From Octopus vulgaris (Eukaryota), in NCBI GenBank assembly GCA_951406725.2, contig OX597822.1, positions 83,762,001 through 83,826,000 of the forward strand: 64,000 bases of DNA, given 5' to 3'. Positions 45,957 to 61,164 of this stretch are shown here, piece after piece. A model generated the notes under the pieces. The model was not told the origin of the DNA and searched no databases. It worked only from the letters and a program-made list of their open reading frames with translations. The first letter of the stretch is position 1. Every line of letters starts with the position of its first letter. Position numbers and translations under genes: made by a program.

Positions 45957-46828
45957 TGGGTAAAAAAACCCACTTAGTGTGCTCTACAAAGAGCTCTACT
46001 GCAGGCATCAGCTACTAAATGCTAATCATTCACTGAGACATCTTTCATTGCATATACCTGTGGAAAGTCGTATTTATCCGTAAAGTGTATACGAAGATAT
46101 CAACACCAGATGATGGATTGGACAGGCTTTATTACATTTCATTACAATTGCTTCAATGCTTCATTACCTTCTGCTTATTACAGAATCTCGCACAGACTAT
46201 AAATAGAAGGGTTTTTTTTTCCTCTACTCACCCGCAAAGCTGCATGTACCGCAATTGCTGAGTGATATTCACGCGCTTTTGTTTATTAGTTATGTGACAT
46301 TGAAAAAAACAAAAAAAAACGTGGCAATGATGTGTACAACCAGCAGTGTTTCTATACATGAAACAACCTTTCCGTTTTGTTTTGTTGTTCGGTCATTGTC
46401 CACCAGGGATAACTGTGCTTAAAGTGTCTTCTTGTTCGAAATATAAAGAAGCACGATCGGAGATTGAGTGGACAGGTAGATATCCATAGATTATCTTTAC
46501 TATATAGAAATCATTTTTTCGAGCCAATCTTGTATCCGATATTTCAATTCGCTGACGCACCTTATCTAATATTTATGAAAATGATAAAAAAAAACTCATT
46601 TATTTATAAATGGTGCCATTTTTAGATGGAATATTGATGGAACTGTCAACTGATTGAAAGAAAATATATGCTTCCATCATGTGTGTATGTGTGTGTGTAT
46701 ACATGCAGAGTGAGAGAAAGAGAGAGAGAGAGAATGGTGGAGAAAGCTATACATACATTCATACATGTAAATGCAAACTCAAATACGCGCGGAGCATATG
46801 TGTGTGTATGTGTGTGCGTCTATATATT

Positions 46829-46912
<84 letters not shown>

Positions 46913-46969
46913 CAGACAGAGAGACAGATAGATAGACAGAGAGACAGATAGATAGACAGAGAGACAGAC

Positions 46970-47075
<106 letters not shown>

Positions 47076-47536
47076 GCATTATATATCAAGGCAGATACCA
47101 TTCAAGCACCCTAGTAAAATCCAAATTATGTCTAACCGCATCGAATGGTAAGGAACAAACTAGTATTATTCGCGGTAAACCACCCCAATGTAATTCACCC
47201 GAAGGGTGAATCCTGGATCCGCTTTGTTGGACTATAAACAGTTTACTTAGTCTATATCCAAGACAATTCAAACATAGAAGGAGAATAATACATCTACAAG
47301 GTTTCTTTATTACAATCAATTATACAACATATTTAATTCAAATCTGTCCGACACATGTTTCTGCTGCATGGATATCTCTCAATGTGGTTTACATTTGCAT
47401 CCAGTTTGTGCATCTGGTTACGAGGCTATGCAGCTGTATTCAACAAGTTCCCACTATTATAGACTGAGGCGAAATTAAGTATGATGGTTTAGATGGTATT
47501 CTATTGGGTTGGGGACGATAACTTTTGAATACAAAG

Positions 47537-48181
47537 AATTCGAGAGGAACAGTTAGAAACCTGATACGGCCATAAAATCGCTTACGAGATTGACCCTATG
47601 AGGATCTTAAGGTGATTGAGAAAATCACAAACAAAATACATTCATCAGCCAACGATGGATACTTTGTTTCACTTATTACTCTGTGGCCATGCTGGGGCAA
47701 CGCCTTTAAGAAATTTTAGTGGAATGAATCAACCCCGGTATACATTTTCCTTTCTAGTCTGGTACCGTGTCATAGGGACGTAAGCATACCAACACTGGTT
47801 GTGAAACCGTGGTAGGTGACAAACAGAAGCACAAAGACACACGCACATAAATATTTGTGTATATACGATGGGCTTCTTTCAGTTTCCGTCTACCAAATCC
47901 ACGCACAAAGCTTTGGTTGGCCAGTGTTGGTATGCTTATGTCCCTATGACACGGTACAGGCTAGAAAGGAAAATGTGTACCGGGGTTGATTCATTCCACT
48001 AAAATTTCTTGAAGGCGTTGCCCCAGCATGGCCACAGTGTAATAAGTGAAACAAAGTATCCATCGTTGGCTGATGAATGTATTTTGTTTGTGATTTTCTC
48101 AATCACCTTAAGATCCTTATAGGGTCAATCTTGTAAGCGATTTTATGGCCGTATCAGGTTTCTAACTGTTCCTCTCGAATT
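47537..48181. repeat. Inverted duplication (arms 47537-47798 and 47921-48181)
   Basis: Arms are reverse complements with few mismatches, separated by a 122-bp spacer. Confidence 0.92.
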
Positions 48182-48280
48182 TAGTAGAAGACGCTTGCCC
48201 AAAGTACGACGCAGTCGGACTGAACTCAGAATGATGCGGTTGGGAAGCAAGCTTCTTACCACACAGCCATTCCTGCGTCT
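47662..48280 (-). mobile_element. SINE family A split by the inverted duplication
   Basis: Body 47662-47920 resumes at 48182 (agtagaagacgcttgccc...cacagccattcctgcg). Confidence 0.85.
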
Positions 48281-48448
48281 ACATAGCTGTATATAGTTTT
48301 TAAATTAATGATTTCATGCGTGTTTCCTAGTTTTTGAGTTTACTCGTGAGTCCAAGTACCTGAACGAAAGGACAATCAAGGATTTCGGAATAGAAAGTAA
48401 TTATATTCTCAGCTTCAAGCAAATGACCAAATTCTACATGTATTGAGT

Positions 48449-48508
<60 letters not shown>

Positions 48509-49589
48509 CTCTCTCTCTCTCACCTGTGTTTCTCAGTCACTTAAACGTTTTATGGATGTCTGAGAAGAGACAGAAACAGAACGCATCTACTTGGGGTCCG
48601 TGGGGTTAATCAGCCAACGATGGATTTTTCTCTTTCTGTATCATCTAATATTTAGCTCTATTATATCCGTATCAATACATGAATCATGAACATCTATTTT
48701 TGCTATATTGTAAGGATCCTATCTATTTTCTAGTTTCCTCTCTATAATGATATTGTTGCGATATTTTCCCACACACGTCATTGTGAAATACCAAAATATC
48801 TAGCAGGAAAATATACAAAGTTTATTTTGAATACAATGTCACATTATCTGATGTGTTTTTGTTTGTTTGTTTGTTTTTTGAGAGGTTATTTTTTTTTTAC
48901 TTTTTAAAGCACTAACATCTTATTTATGGGAGATTTGACTGCTATTTCTGCGCTGTTGATCGAATCGACCATTTAACGGTTCCCTCACTGACTTGTATGT
49001 ACGTTGTTCTTGTTGGTTGTTATTTAACTAAAAGTCGAATCTGAACGGTTGGCCTATAATGAAAGGGTTTCCAATACCGTGGCCATCTTTTCCCTGTTTT
49101 CTTTTTTTGTGAAATAGAGTATTCCACTGACTATATTATGGAATGTGCCCTTTTTAAAGATAGATTGTTGTGTGAAAAATATTGGACAGCTTTCCTCGTT
49201 GGTTAGCGAGTGCACGTTCAAAATCTTACGAGTTGATTCAAGAAATTTAGAATATCACTCACACACACACACACACATTTACATATCAGTGTGTCCGATT
49301 CCGATTGTAAATGTTTCACTGTAATCTTAAATAATTATTGTCGATTCTAAACAGACCCAGACGGTTCCTGGTAACCTGAGATAATCGGAGTCATTTCAAA
49401 CAAATACTCACTACAAATTTTTAAGAGTGAATGAATTAAACCTGAATGTGACTTTCATTCATTTATCGGAAATTTCAACATCATAAGTGAATTAAAATTC
49501 TCTTCAGCTGGGTATCACTGACAATGCAGATATCCTATCAAAACCTCCAACCTTTTGTTTCTACTTATCTCTCATTCCTTGGATCAGAA

Positions 49590-50510
49590 GCTTCATCGCA
49601 AATTGCATCTTTGCTACATTCGTTGACGTAACGCTTTCTGTCTCACTCTCAATTAGCTGTGCCGTCTCCAAATGTTCGGTTTTGTTCCTACTCGCATCCA
49701 TCTATAAATCAATGACTCGCCCTCACATCCTACAAACATTCACTTTTATGCAGAAGCGCACGCCTCTTTACTTTCCCTGAACATGCGTCACCCACACACA
49801 ACTGTCACATCATACACAAAACCTGCATTTATTCTATAAACGAAAAACTGTTGGACCAAGACGACATCGTTTCTTTGACATTAATAAAAAATATTCTCAC
49901 GCTACACACATCTAGGAAGCACCACGGTGCTACACACTCCCAAAATATATGCGACACTCAGTACCATTACAATCGGTCCGAAAACAGAGCGTGACTATCA
50001 GCGAGCCTGTTTCTTAGAAAAAGCACGTAGAGGACATAGCGAGAATTTACTCTTAAAGCTTAGTCCTTCTCCACTGGTCTACAAAGTCTTTCAGCCTCCA
50101 ACAGTTCCTGATACTACATGTCTCAAGTAAGGCCTACACTGAAGTACTGCGCCGACATCAGGGATGTTGCAGTTTCTACGCTCACAGATATTCTGGGCAG
50201 CATCGAGAGAAGCCTCTACCTTCTATTAATTCACCTTTAATCACTAACAGACACACTCCATAGCCTGACTCACAAGAGTATTGTTTCTTTTCTATGTATT
50301 ATCTATCGCTACTGTGATAGCTTCTCCTCTACGGATCTGGTTACTCTTGCACTCCGCAACTCGAGTACTCCTGACACACTCGTCTCTCCACCTCTCTTCA
50401 TATTTCTTGTGTCTACCACTAACCTCACGAACCAGTTCGAGCCACTACACCCAGTTCTTTGTTATCCGAACGTTGAATTTCCACCTTGATCTTACGCCTT
50501 TTCTTGCAAG
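49590..50510 (+). mobile_element. Degraded L2/CR1-group LINE RT 3' region
   Basis: QVRPTLKYCADIRD resembles QVRPxMEYCSHIWD. Also VSFLCIIYRY and RTSSSHYTQFFVIRT. Confidence 0.6.
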
Positions 50511-51829
50511 TGTTGCCATTAGCATCAAGTTCCTGGGTTTAGGTGATTTTCAAGGTTATGGGTACCTCTCCATCCTCCAGTCTCAATAAATTAAATAATA
50601 AAAATTATATTACCTCTGATGCAAGACATTTAACATTCAAAGTCGTTCACAAACCACCATTTAGGACAACCATAGAGAACAAGTATCGGTCTCTTTACTA
50701 TTGTTTATTTTAAATTATACAATTCATTTATCTTCCATTCTGGTTACCAATATTTAGCCAACTTCAACATATTTCACAAACACGGGAAATGTGAACACAA
50801 GCATTGCTATATTCCATCGCAAGCAAAAACAAATAAATAATAACGCCTTGCTGTCATGAATGCTGTTATTTCAAAATAAATTGTGTGTCTGACAGATTTT
50901 AAATAACACTGACATTCCTTCGTGATCAATATATGAACTACGGCTTATTTTTATTTAATATTCAACTCATTTTCCTATGAATACACGAACTGCAGTTAAT
51001 TTATTTTTGCTGGTCGTCTGTGTTTTCTATAATTTGGAATCATTGTCCCATTACTTCACAACGGATAGATCTATAACCCACAGGTGGAACGATTATAGAA
51101 ATGAACTTGTACACATGATATTTCTCTGTATAACCAACTCAGATCGTTTGAATCTCAACAAAATTAAAACATGTTGCCATTTGTGTTATTTTTCTGTCAG
51201 TAATATATACTGTTATCGAGTCCAATACTTCAAACTCATACACATGTAAAGAGGACATCAACCGTAAAACGAAGAAAACGGAACAAAAGGTTAAAAATAC
51301 CCGTCTAAATTGTATCTGACTGATACAAGCTAGTTTACTTGTCTCGTATTCGATGTACATTTACTTGTATTGTTGGGGTTAATTCACAACGTATTAACAG
51401 TCGAGCGATGTATTAAAGTTATAATGCGATGCTAATATTTCCATGTCTTCTTTTCTACGAAATTTAACCCAAATGTCAGCTACTTACAAATATCAGCTCA
51501 CTGAGTGAGCGGAATCAATATAAATGCCTGTAACAACATCCACAGAAATAGAAAAACAAAGTCTTAATATATTGTAATTGATTAACACATGTTCTACTGG
51601 AAAGAATTTAATAAAAATTTATTCATAATATATGTATGGGTTTGCGAGTGAATGTATACGTGTGCATCATTTCATATTATATTTGTGTGTGTGTGTGTGT
51701 GTGAATGAATGTATGTATCAATGTATGTATGTATGCATGTATGTATGTATGCATCATATTGCATCGTATACATGGAGTTCGGGCTAATTTTGATAGTTTG
51801 CATTAAAAGAAAAAAAAAAACACCTCATC

Positions 51830-52600
51830 CAAAAATAAAAGTATTCTTTGAAAACCAACAAACATCATCGCGGCTTTGTCTTGGGAATAATAGTTTATTC
51901 AAAGTAGTTGCACTCAGCTGCCATTAAGGCCTCAAGACAGCTCTGGAACCTGACGCATGCATTTCTCACCTTGTCTCTGGGAAGATTTTCGAACACCCAC
52001 TTTAATAGTGATACCTATTTGGCCTTGGTGCTTCCGGTAGAGCGGTTGATGTCTTTCTCAACCGCTTCCTACATATAGTAATCCAAGGAATTACACTCGA
52101 AGAAATTAGGAAACCAGGCATTGGGGCTGTTGACGTCGTAGAAATTCTCCGACAACTTTTCAGAGTTATGCCAAGGAGCTGAATCATGTTGCCACACATA
52201 TGACCTCCTAGAAGCAACCTTCTCCAGCTAGGGATTGATCACATTCTCCAGCAGCTTCGCATAGCCGTATGAATTGAGTCTAAGGCTCTCTTCACTGGAG
52301 ACACACCGGAAGACCATCAAAATTTGACGGGAAATTGGTTTTCATGATACATGGGACATCACATGGCCTGTAGGCAAGCCACTTGTTGTTCTGGGTGCTG
52401 TGCAAGTGGTCCTGGCAGAGGGTCTTTTCATCTGAGAAAACTCAAATCCTCACCGGCTCAATCGAATGCCTCAGCTTGTTCAGAAGCTTCTTTACCATCG
52501 TGAAGTAGTTCTTCTAGGCCTTGACCTTTGCTGTCAGAATTTGTTGTTCTGGGTACTGTGCAAGTGGTCCTGGCAGAATGATCTTGATTGCTTACATTTA
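51830..52600 (-). mobile_element. maT/DD37D-like (Tc1/mariner superfamily) transposase remnant
   Basis: Minus-strand motifs FSDEKTLCQDHLHSTQNNKWL, QHDSAP and VFENLPRDKVRNACVRFQSCLEALMAAE. Confidence 0.75.
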
Positions 52601-52984
52601 AGCAAAGAGTTTCTTACATGTAAGCAACTTTTGTCGCTGATTGTAGGAACCGATGTGAATTTTACAGTCAGGATATATAGAATATATCAGCTGCCAGAAA
52701 CGCCATTTTTTTATTTCGGTTTTTCTTTTCCTCCTTCAGTTTTCAATAAGATTCTCATATTATCAGCGGGGAAATTGACTTACACTTCTATATATGTTAT
52801 TTATCTCTTTAGTTACAATAGGAAGACTGGCAATTTTCAAATCTTCCTGACTGTGTGCAGCAGTTTGACGTTGACGAATTGGCACAGTTCATTGGCCATT
52901 CAGCCTGTTTGACGACAGAAGATTCACACATACACAATATACCACCAGCATTGTCCAAATGACCTTAACATCAGTTTCGTAATT

Positions 52985-53320
52985 ATTCCAAGGCTGGAGA
53001 CACGAGTCATAATTCCCTTTATGAGTTCAGGTTAACAACACAAGAAATCGTTGCAACAAAATTTATTTTCCTCAACAGGTCCTGCTTTATTTAACATTAT
53101 TCCAAAACAAACCAAAGAAGAAAAAGTTCCCGTCATCTTCAAATGAAACCTGGACAAATTCTTTTAAAGGATACCAGATAAGCCACCCATACCTGAATAC
53201 ATTTCAGCCAATAACAACTTATCAACAACTTCCTAATTGAATGGGCAATGAAGCTATAAAATTTGACTTGAAAAGGACTTAACAGTTCCTATCGGGTGGT
53301 GTTATTTAAGTTTGATACGC
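52985..53320 (+). mobile_element. Degraded CR1 3' end
   Basis: FSSTGPALFNIIPK...FK*NLDKFF*RIPDKP, homologous to GPQFFNILPK...FKTKLDLFLLGVPDEP in ORF 43992-44963. Confidence 0.65.
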
Positions 53321-55749
53321 ACGGAAAAAATATATACATACAGATAGAAAGAGTAAGAGAGAGAGGAAGAGAGAGAGACAAACATTCCAACTTATTAACT
53401 TAACACAATCGGCGTAAACACGTCCCCTTTCCTCTGACACATGAATCGAAATATTCTCACATGCATAAAAACGCAGAGAGAGTGAGAAAGAGAGAACGAG
53501 TGAAACATCAAAATGTCTGATGTCATATAAGTTAGTGTCGGATAAGCAACAGCAAGCAGTTGCGCCAAAATGGTTGCGCCAAAACCACTACGCCAAAACG
53601 TCTCATACCTATCCTGATGGGAGAAGAGAAGGGAGTTACCCCAGACTGGAGAACTAAAAGGCACCCAGATAGCTTGTGGGGGCCATTTATTGTTTATTCA
53701 CATATGTCTATATCAGGCCAGCTGTTGTTGTCGCCATCGATGTGATCGTCATTGTTCTTGCTATATTTGTTGTTGTTGTTGTTGTTGTTAGTGGCGGTAG
53801 TGGAGGGGGTATTATTATTGTTGTTTGTCCCTTATCTCAGCCCAAAGCACAAAACCTTACATTTGTGCAGAGATTCGATTCAAAAGATCCACGAATAATT
53901 TCGCTGATATTTGGCTGACGTATTACCAAAGTATGAAGTTGTTTGCCCGAAGTCAACCTCGGTGGAGCAGACCTATCTTTAAAAGCGTTCCAGCTTTGGC
54001 CATCCTATTTGTTTAGCTTTCAAATATAGTGTATTTAAACCAACATTGTCTGATATAGTCTTTAACTTTTTATAAGGTCAAATTTTACAGGAGTTTAGCA
54101 GCCATTTTCAGCAAGGTGAGAACTGACATAAAAGTTATGCAAGTAGTCGTAGCGAGCTTCATTGATTAACCCCAGATTAGTCTAGATGGAATGAACAGTT
54201 GATCAAACACAATCTAACTATGACCGTCTTCTGTTTAACTGGGCGACTGATACTCAGGATTACAATATTCGTTTTTGAAATGGATGAACATAATTTGAGA
54301 GTAGTAGCGCCCCCGTTAGCTCGTATTTTTATGCTTGATATTCATTTACAAATAGTTCCGTTTACAAAATCATATTTTAGATGGAATAAAATAGTTTTAA
54401 AAATCCGAAATATGACCAAGCTGGGAGTCAACATTAAAAGGCCGAATACAGTTTGATATGAGTTTTGGGGGAAGCTGTCGAATATATGTGTCAAGTCTTG
54501 TATGAAACAAGCGATATTGCATCTTGCAGGATTAAATGTTGCTTTGTTTAAGGTTTAGGCTTACCTTGATCAAGCAGATTTATAATCAGTTTTGTTCCAT
54601 CCGTAATCATCCTGTCTTAGAGTTTAGGATTACGTTGCGTAATAGGATATTTTATTTCTTTACGGTGAGATGTGTGATTTGAAAGAGATTGAGCTGATAA
54701 TTCTTGCTGGATGTATATATATGTATGTACATATTTGTGTGTATGCGTGTGCGTGCGAGTGAGTGCGTGCAATTGTGCATGTGTGTGCGCTTATGCATGA
54801 ATACTTCCTTATAATTATCACGTGAGAGGTTTATTACACTCAGAGATTGGCGAGTGTAGTCGGTGTAGACACAACTCTTTAACCATTACACGCATTTCCA
54901 ATATGTGCAAAGGATGCTTTCGGGATACAAAATGAAAGTCAAAATGTTTTATGTGTTCCAGTGATGTGTTCGGGGTGGTGAAGTTGTAATCTGGAAGGAT
55001 TGAGCTTGGAACAGATTGTTGAAGTATTCTGGTCTTCTTGATGGTTATTGACAGACAGAATTATCAAACGCATTTTTCAAGCTATGGACCTTGACGGACC
55101 AACGGTTTATCACGTTTCTTAGTCAAGTTCAAGATGGTTACCCAAAAACGGAAGAACACAACGAGATCTGGGACGAAGCACGGGAGGTATCAGCAGATTT
55201 TGTTGAGTGTGAACATCTTCTTTTAGTACCAACAAGGAAGAAACCGGATAGGACAATATGGAAAGTAAGAAAACACATCTTTTTTAATTAACTGTTCCAC
55301 GTGAAGGCAATTTAGACACAGCACACGTTAGGAAAGCCGAGCTTTCCTGTACGAGTTGGATGTAAAGGGTTCTATTAGGACTAGACCGAGATGGTGGCTG
55401 CTATCAATTGAAGCCCAAGATCGTCAAGCAAACGCCATCTTGAAGGAGATCCAGGCGACAGCTGAGTGGGCCAGCCATTGGATATGGTTGGAAAGGAATG
55501 AGGAACCCTGGATGGAGAGGTGATGATTCCAAAATGTACATGTGGTCGGATACTATTCACTCGAAACAGTGAAAGGTGGGACCGGTATGCAGTAAAAGCG
55601 TCGAGAGGAAGGTCCCTAAACGGTGCATATTCTCTCTTGATGAGACCCGAAACCACTAGCTCAAGTATTTAGAGTTTTCGACCAAACGCACTCCCACTAG
55701 TAAGCTGTTTCCAAGTCTCTATACATACATACATATATGTGTATCTATA

Positions 55750-56741
55750 ATTTCTTCCCTAGCTCCACCTGGCACGTTCCCTTGATCCCGCCCACGCTGT
55801 CGTACTCTCCAATACCACCAACCTCACAGACACCCATCATCGTTCCTGTCACATCACCGACTCCTTTACCTGCACTTCTAGTAAAGTCATTTACTGCATC
55901 TCCTGCTCTTTCTGCCGTTCCCTGTACATCGGTAAAACGGGACGCCGCCTGGCTGACCGGCTCGCTGGGCACATGCGAGACACCAGACTCAGCAATGACA
56001 CCCTGGTCTCGCGCCATTTCCGCTCTACCTGTCATTCACTATAACGGACTATCTGTGAATGGACTATCTTTGCACTGGGGCCATCCGGACTCCCGCCTTC
56101 GCCGTGAATAGGAATTTATCTTCACACACCACTCCATACACACTAGCAGTCACCACTTACCAGCACCCACACCACACACACAATCTTCAATAGCGTCACC
56201 ACACATATTATATGAGCAGCCACACACATTGCTTAACTCAGTACACACACCACACACCATTATGCACACTCCCATACCCGCACAAGGACATAATACCTGG
56301 ACACAGACTATATATACATACGCAACACGCTTTAACACGCGTAACATACTTAGACAAAAACAAATTTCACCCGCATACATACACCATACACATGCACACT
56401 GTTTGGTCACAGACACATTCACGCACATCGGAGTCACCAGCCCCTATTCACACATACACATTCACACACACCATTCTCACATACACAACAGACGCACCCA
56501 CACCTTCATTTGGGATCACCAACACGTTATTTTCTCCCATTCTTTTGAACTTTTTTCTAATCATTCGCCATGCTTGACCGATAAATCTACAAGTATTTCT
56601 TCATCCTCTCTCCTTTTATTTTCACTTATTTCTTTCCGTTGAAGAGCGTAGGCTCGAAACATAAAATATTTTTTCAAACTAATACACGTGCTTGTTGTTC
56701 ATACACCTGTCTTTGACTTTCATTTTTCTATAAATTTCAGC

Positions 56742-56742
<1 letters not shown>
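55750..56742 (+). mobile_element. Penelope-like element (Neptune-type) 3' fragment: Cys linker, GIY-YIG and LTR
   Basis: A frame absent from the ORF track reads PGTFP*SRPRCRT...FTCTSSKVIYCISCSFCRSLYIGKTGRRLADRLAGHMRD...VSRHF. Hammerhead-like motif at 56631-56668. Ends in (TA)n. Confidence 0.85.
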
Positions 56743-56779
<37 letters not shown>

Positions 56780-57314
56780 AATATATATATACATTATATA
56801 TATATGTATATATATATATAATGAATATATATATACACACTCACACGCTTATATACATACATATATCCATAGATGCATTCTTATATGTATATATATGCGT
56901 GTGTTTGTGTGTATGTGTGCGTGTGTGTGCATGTGTGTGTCTGTGTGTGCGTGCGTGTGCGTGTTTGTATTAACAAAACCAGTGTGGCCAGTTTTTCGGT
57001 TAGTACTTACGAAAAGTACAAAAAACAGACACTCACAGTCACACACAAAACAGAAACACACACACATACACACATACATATACATATACCTAAATATATA
57101 TAATGTATTTTGGTCTCTCCTTATGTTTATTTTGACGCAATTTTATACGCTACAAGTGTAAATATATTGGTTTTCTAGCTACATAACGGAACTGCAGCAA
57201 TTTGCGATCTTGTACTTTCAGCGTTATGGATTTTTTAGAAATCATTCATCACCGTAATCATCAATCATCATTATTGTAATGATAATAACAACAACAACCA
57301 TAATAATAATAATG

Positions 57315-57383
<69 letters not shown>

Positions 57384-58489
57384 GTAATGATAATAAAAGT
57401 AATAATAATAATAATGAAACGGAACGCTTTTATAAGCTATCCTCCATTATATTGCAAGATATACACTTTGCCATTTTATGTCTCTGTTTCAGATATTTAA
57501 GATCAAATGCAGAGGATGTAATTGTGTGTTCCGGAGCGAAAGGAAATGTTTATAAAAGTAATCACAAGCTAAATATGTTCAGATTTTTTTCTCATAAATA
57601 CGCTTAATAATTATATATGATATTCTTTATATCAATTAACCTGTAACTTATCTCTCTAGTTTATCTACCCACGTGATTGTCTGTCTGAAGCATTTCAGCT
57701 ACTACGACGCCGTTGCAACCGTTTTTATAAGTTTTTCCTCAACGTCCATACTTGTGTTCAGACTTTTACTTTGCTCTTCTTTCATAAGTTTAGAGTAATT
57801 CAAAACTTTCCTTTCATAAGTCCCTTGTTTTTCTGATAATTGAGAAATTGGGGTATATGTAAATATGTGGTAAATGAGCGCCAAGGAATTGTGTCCTGTC
57901 TATCACATGTGATAAACAGTGCAGGCATCTTTGAGAACATTATTGAAAAGCAATGAATTTCATGTTGAGTAATTTGGTTGCATTTCTAGTACTCTGAGTA
58001 ATCACGTTGAAGATTATTCGTGGATTCGAATGACCTCTAACAAAGGAGCCAAAAGTCAGAGGAAGAACCGACGCTCCCACAATAGGAACTCGTAGTTCGT
58101 TAGATATAATGAGCAACTAAGAGAGCTACAGAACAAGGCAAAAGAAAAATTGGTGTTAATCTGTGATTTGATAATGAGATAAGCTCAAGTTAACTAGATC
58201 AGTCGTGTAATGGTCTACTAATTAATATTCCACTAACAGAATATGATCAGTCAATATGCCAGTTCCGAAGAAGGTGTGGAAGATTTCTTGTCTATTCCTT
58301 TTGGGTGCTCACGAAAAATATTGGTCGTATTGTAATTTCTCGTAGGTGTGGCAGTGGGTGCGATGATTGTAGATATTAAGGTAGGATGCAGAAAGGCCAA
58401 TAATAATGATGTTAGTTTTAGTTCTAGTGGTCTGTATATTGTGGCAGTGTTTCTGGTGTTAATGTTATGATGAAGAAGTGTGTGGCAAT

Positions 58490-58815
58490 CTGCGGGTTAC
58501 GACGATGGGGGTTCCAGTTGATCTGATCAACAGAACTGCCTGCTCGTGAAATTAACGTGCAAGTGGTTGAGCACTCCACAGACACGTGTTCCCTTAACGT
58601 AGTTCTCGGAGAGATTCAGCGTGACACAGAGTGTGACAAGGCTGGCCCTTTTGAAATACAGGTACAACAGAAACAGGAAGAAAGAGTGAGAGAAAGTTGT
58701 GAGAGAAAGTCGGAGCCTCGTGGAGCTTTAAGTGTTTTCGCTCAATAAACACTCACAACGCCCGGTCTGGGAATCGAAACCGCGAGTCCGCTGCCCAAAT
58801 CACTGGGCCATTGTG
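58490..58815 (-). mobile_element. tRNA-derived SINE (family C head and body, tail Y)
   Basis: Head and body match 26979-27160. Tail matches 33780-33960. Confidence 0.85.
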
Positions 58816-59076
58816 CCGATGGCGAACTAGTCTTACAGGGTCTAGTGGTTGTCGCAGCCGTGAAAGCCAGAGCGATAGAAGCAGCAGCAGCAGTAGTAGT
58901 AGTAGTAGTTGTAGTAGTAGTTGTAGTAGTAGTAGTGGTGGTGGTGGTGGTGGTGGTGAAGACAAAGTTGAGAACAATTATTTTATTTTGTATTGTCTTA
59001 ATCAAATCCCTCTCTCAATTTGAAAACGAATCTTCACTCATGCTATATATGTGCTATATATATATATATATATGTG

Positions 59077-59158
<82 letters not shown>

Positions 59159-61164
59159 AATTAAGGACTGAACACGAAAAGTGGACAGTCAACATGCTAG
59201 ATATAGACGTCAAATCGCCATTCTCCACAAAAGATTATGTTCTCAGATCAAACTCAACACAAAACCATAGCAATAAACAAGTGAAAAATATACGAAATAA
59301 AATAATTACCCATGTACTAACTTAGTTTCAGCTGTTATTTTCCGCAAGGAAAACTGCAGCCATCATCAGCATGGTCCGTTATAAATGTAATTTGCTGGAC
59401 TAGATGCAAACACGATACCGAAATATCGCATGCATGGAGTTCAGCCTATTACATTTGAATATATCTTTCAAATGCCTTTACCTTGGCGCGTTGATATATA
59501 TATATATATCAAACAACAATCCGACGTTTGGAATACTTGCTTAAAGTTTTTGCCGACACAAAACATATCACTGATTTCTTCAGATTACCTCAAATATTTT
59601 CAGTTTGTCTAAATGCACAACAAGAAGTTAACAGGAGGACAACGATTGTTAATTTTTTTTCTTTTTTAAATCCTTTCCATTTTCTTGCATTTATCTCCAA
59701 CTGAAAGGAAATTTGTGCAGCATTACGCAAAAACCGTCAGATATATTTCTGTATTACAACTTTCTGTGCATTGAGATTAAATTACTTTCGACTTTTTTTT
59801 TACTATTGACTTATCAAATACGATATAATCATAATTTGCAAGCATATATTCTTCATTCTTGTTTTTGCAGCTTCAGTCTTAATCCCTTTTCTTTTTCTCT
59901 ACTGTTTCAAGATTAATGTTTATCCTCAGTCAGAATCATCCGATCGATATTGCAACGATAGTTGGATAGATTAGGCTATAGACATGCTTGTTACATACAA
60001 CTTAAAAATCAAATAGAACACGTTTTTGAATTAATCATATATGATTTGTATTCACCAGTCGTAAGATTTCAGTGTGGCCATGAACTTGTAATGTGTCAAT
60101 GAATTTAAACGTTCATTTTCTTAAAACAAAATCTTATGGTAAAAGTGCGGATGACCCACTTATGTGCAATACAACCAACAGACAGATCAGTGTTTCGAGT
60201 CACGTAATCGGTATTTCGTTGAGTCCGAGGCCAAAACAAATAGCACTCGAGAACACAGTTCATTTTACTGCTGGTATATACTTAAATGATTATGCATTGT
60301 TAACCAGGAAAAGCTGTTGATGATTGAGGGAAGCTTCGTCTGCCAATATTGTTGTATACAATTACAAAGCGAAGATCTTCAAGAATAATTTTATTAGTAA
60401 AATGACAATGTAAGATTCCTTTTGAACAGAGACACAAGTTCGCTCCTGTGACATTGCGAATGGAATTGAAATCGTTGCTATTATGCAAAAGTGTTGTATG
60501 TCCAAAACGTTGCTTTTTCAGAAAACGTAGTTCCACTATTCTGTAGCAATACTGTTGTACTATAATTTGACAATTTTTGATATGTTGGCATCTGAAACAG
60601 CAGGAGATACGATAGTTTGACTTTAAAAAGACCAGCTGTTGCAAGCAAAAATAAATATTGAACAAAAAAAGACGCATTTGGTCAAACTCGGACATACGAC
60701 AGTTTAATATGATAGCAACGAATTCAATATCTATGGTGGTGGAGCTATAGTTATTTGAACATAAAACTTATTGAATATCATTAAATTCAACAGAAACTTT
60801 ATCTGGCACTTATGACAGTAATGTTTCCAATAATAATAATAATGGTTACGAATTTTAGCACAATGCAAGTAAATTTAGAGGAAAGGGCCTTTAACAAATT
60901 GCATAAACCTCTTTGCTAAATTCAAAAACATAAAAGCCAAAGTCGATATCGGTGGAACGTAAAGAGCCGGAAGGAATACCGTTAAGTATTTGACCCATGT
61001 ACTAAAGCTTCTACCAGCTTGCTACATTAGTTTTATGTCCTTCTATTGCATATATGATGTAACGAAACAGTGGGGAAGAACGTATATAGACGACGTACTA
61101 CTATTACTATTACACGAGACTCAACGCCCTGTATGAAAGGCTCACAGTAAACTGCTACCAACAC

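Noticed and set aside
48609-48625. 17-nt match atcagccaacgatggat to 47644-47660 as a SINE target-site duplication
   Set aside because: It lies about 330 bp from the SINE end, so it is not a junctional duplication.
54820-55600. Possible Penelope RT C-terminus on the minus strand (LPFLG motif)
   Set aside because: Only one short motif is recognisable, which is insufficient.
55631-55675. TTGATGA-gacc-cGAAAC hammerhead-like motif
   Set aside because: C3 is missing and stems I and III could not be formed convincingly.
60300-60695. 131-aa minus-strand ORF as a host exon
   Set aside because: No recognisable motif or clear splice signals.
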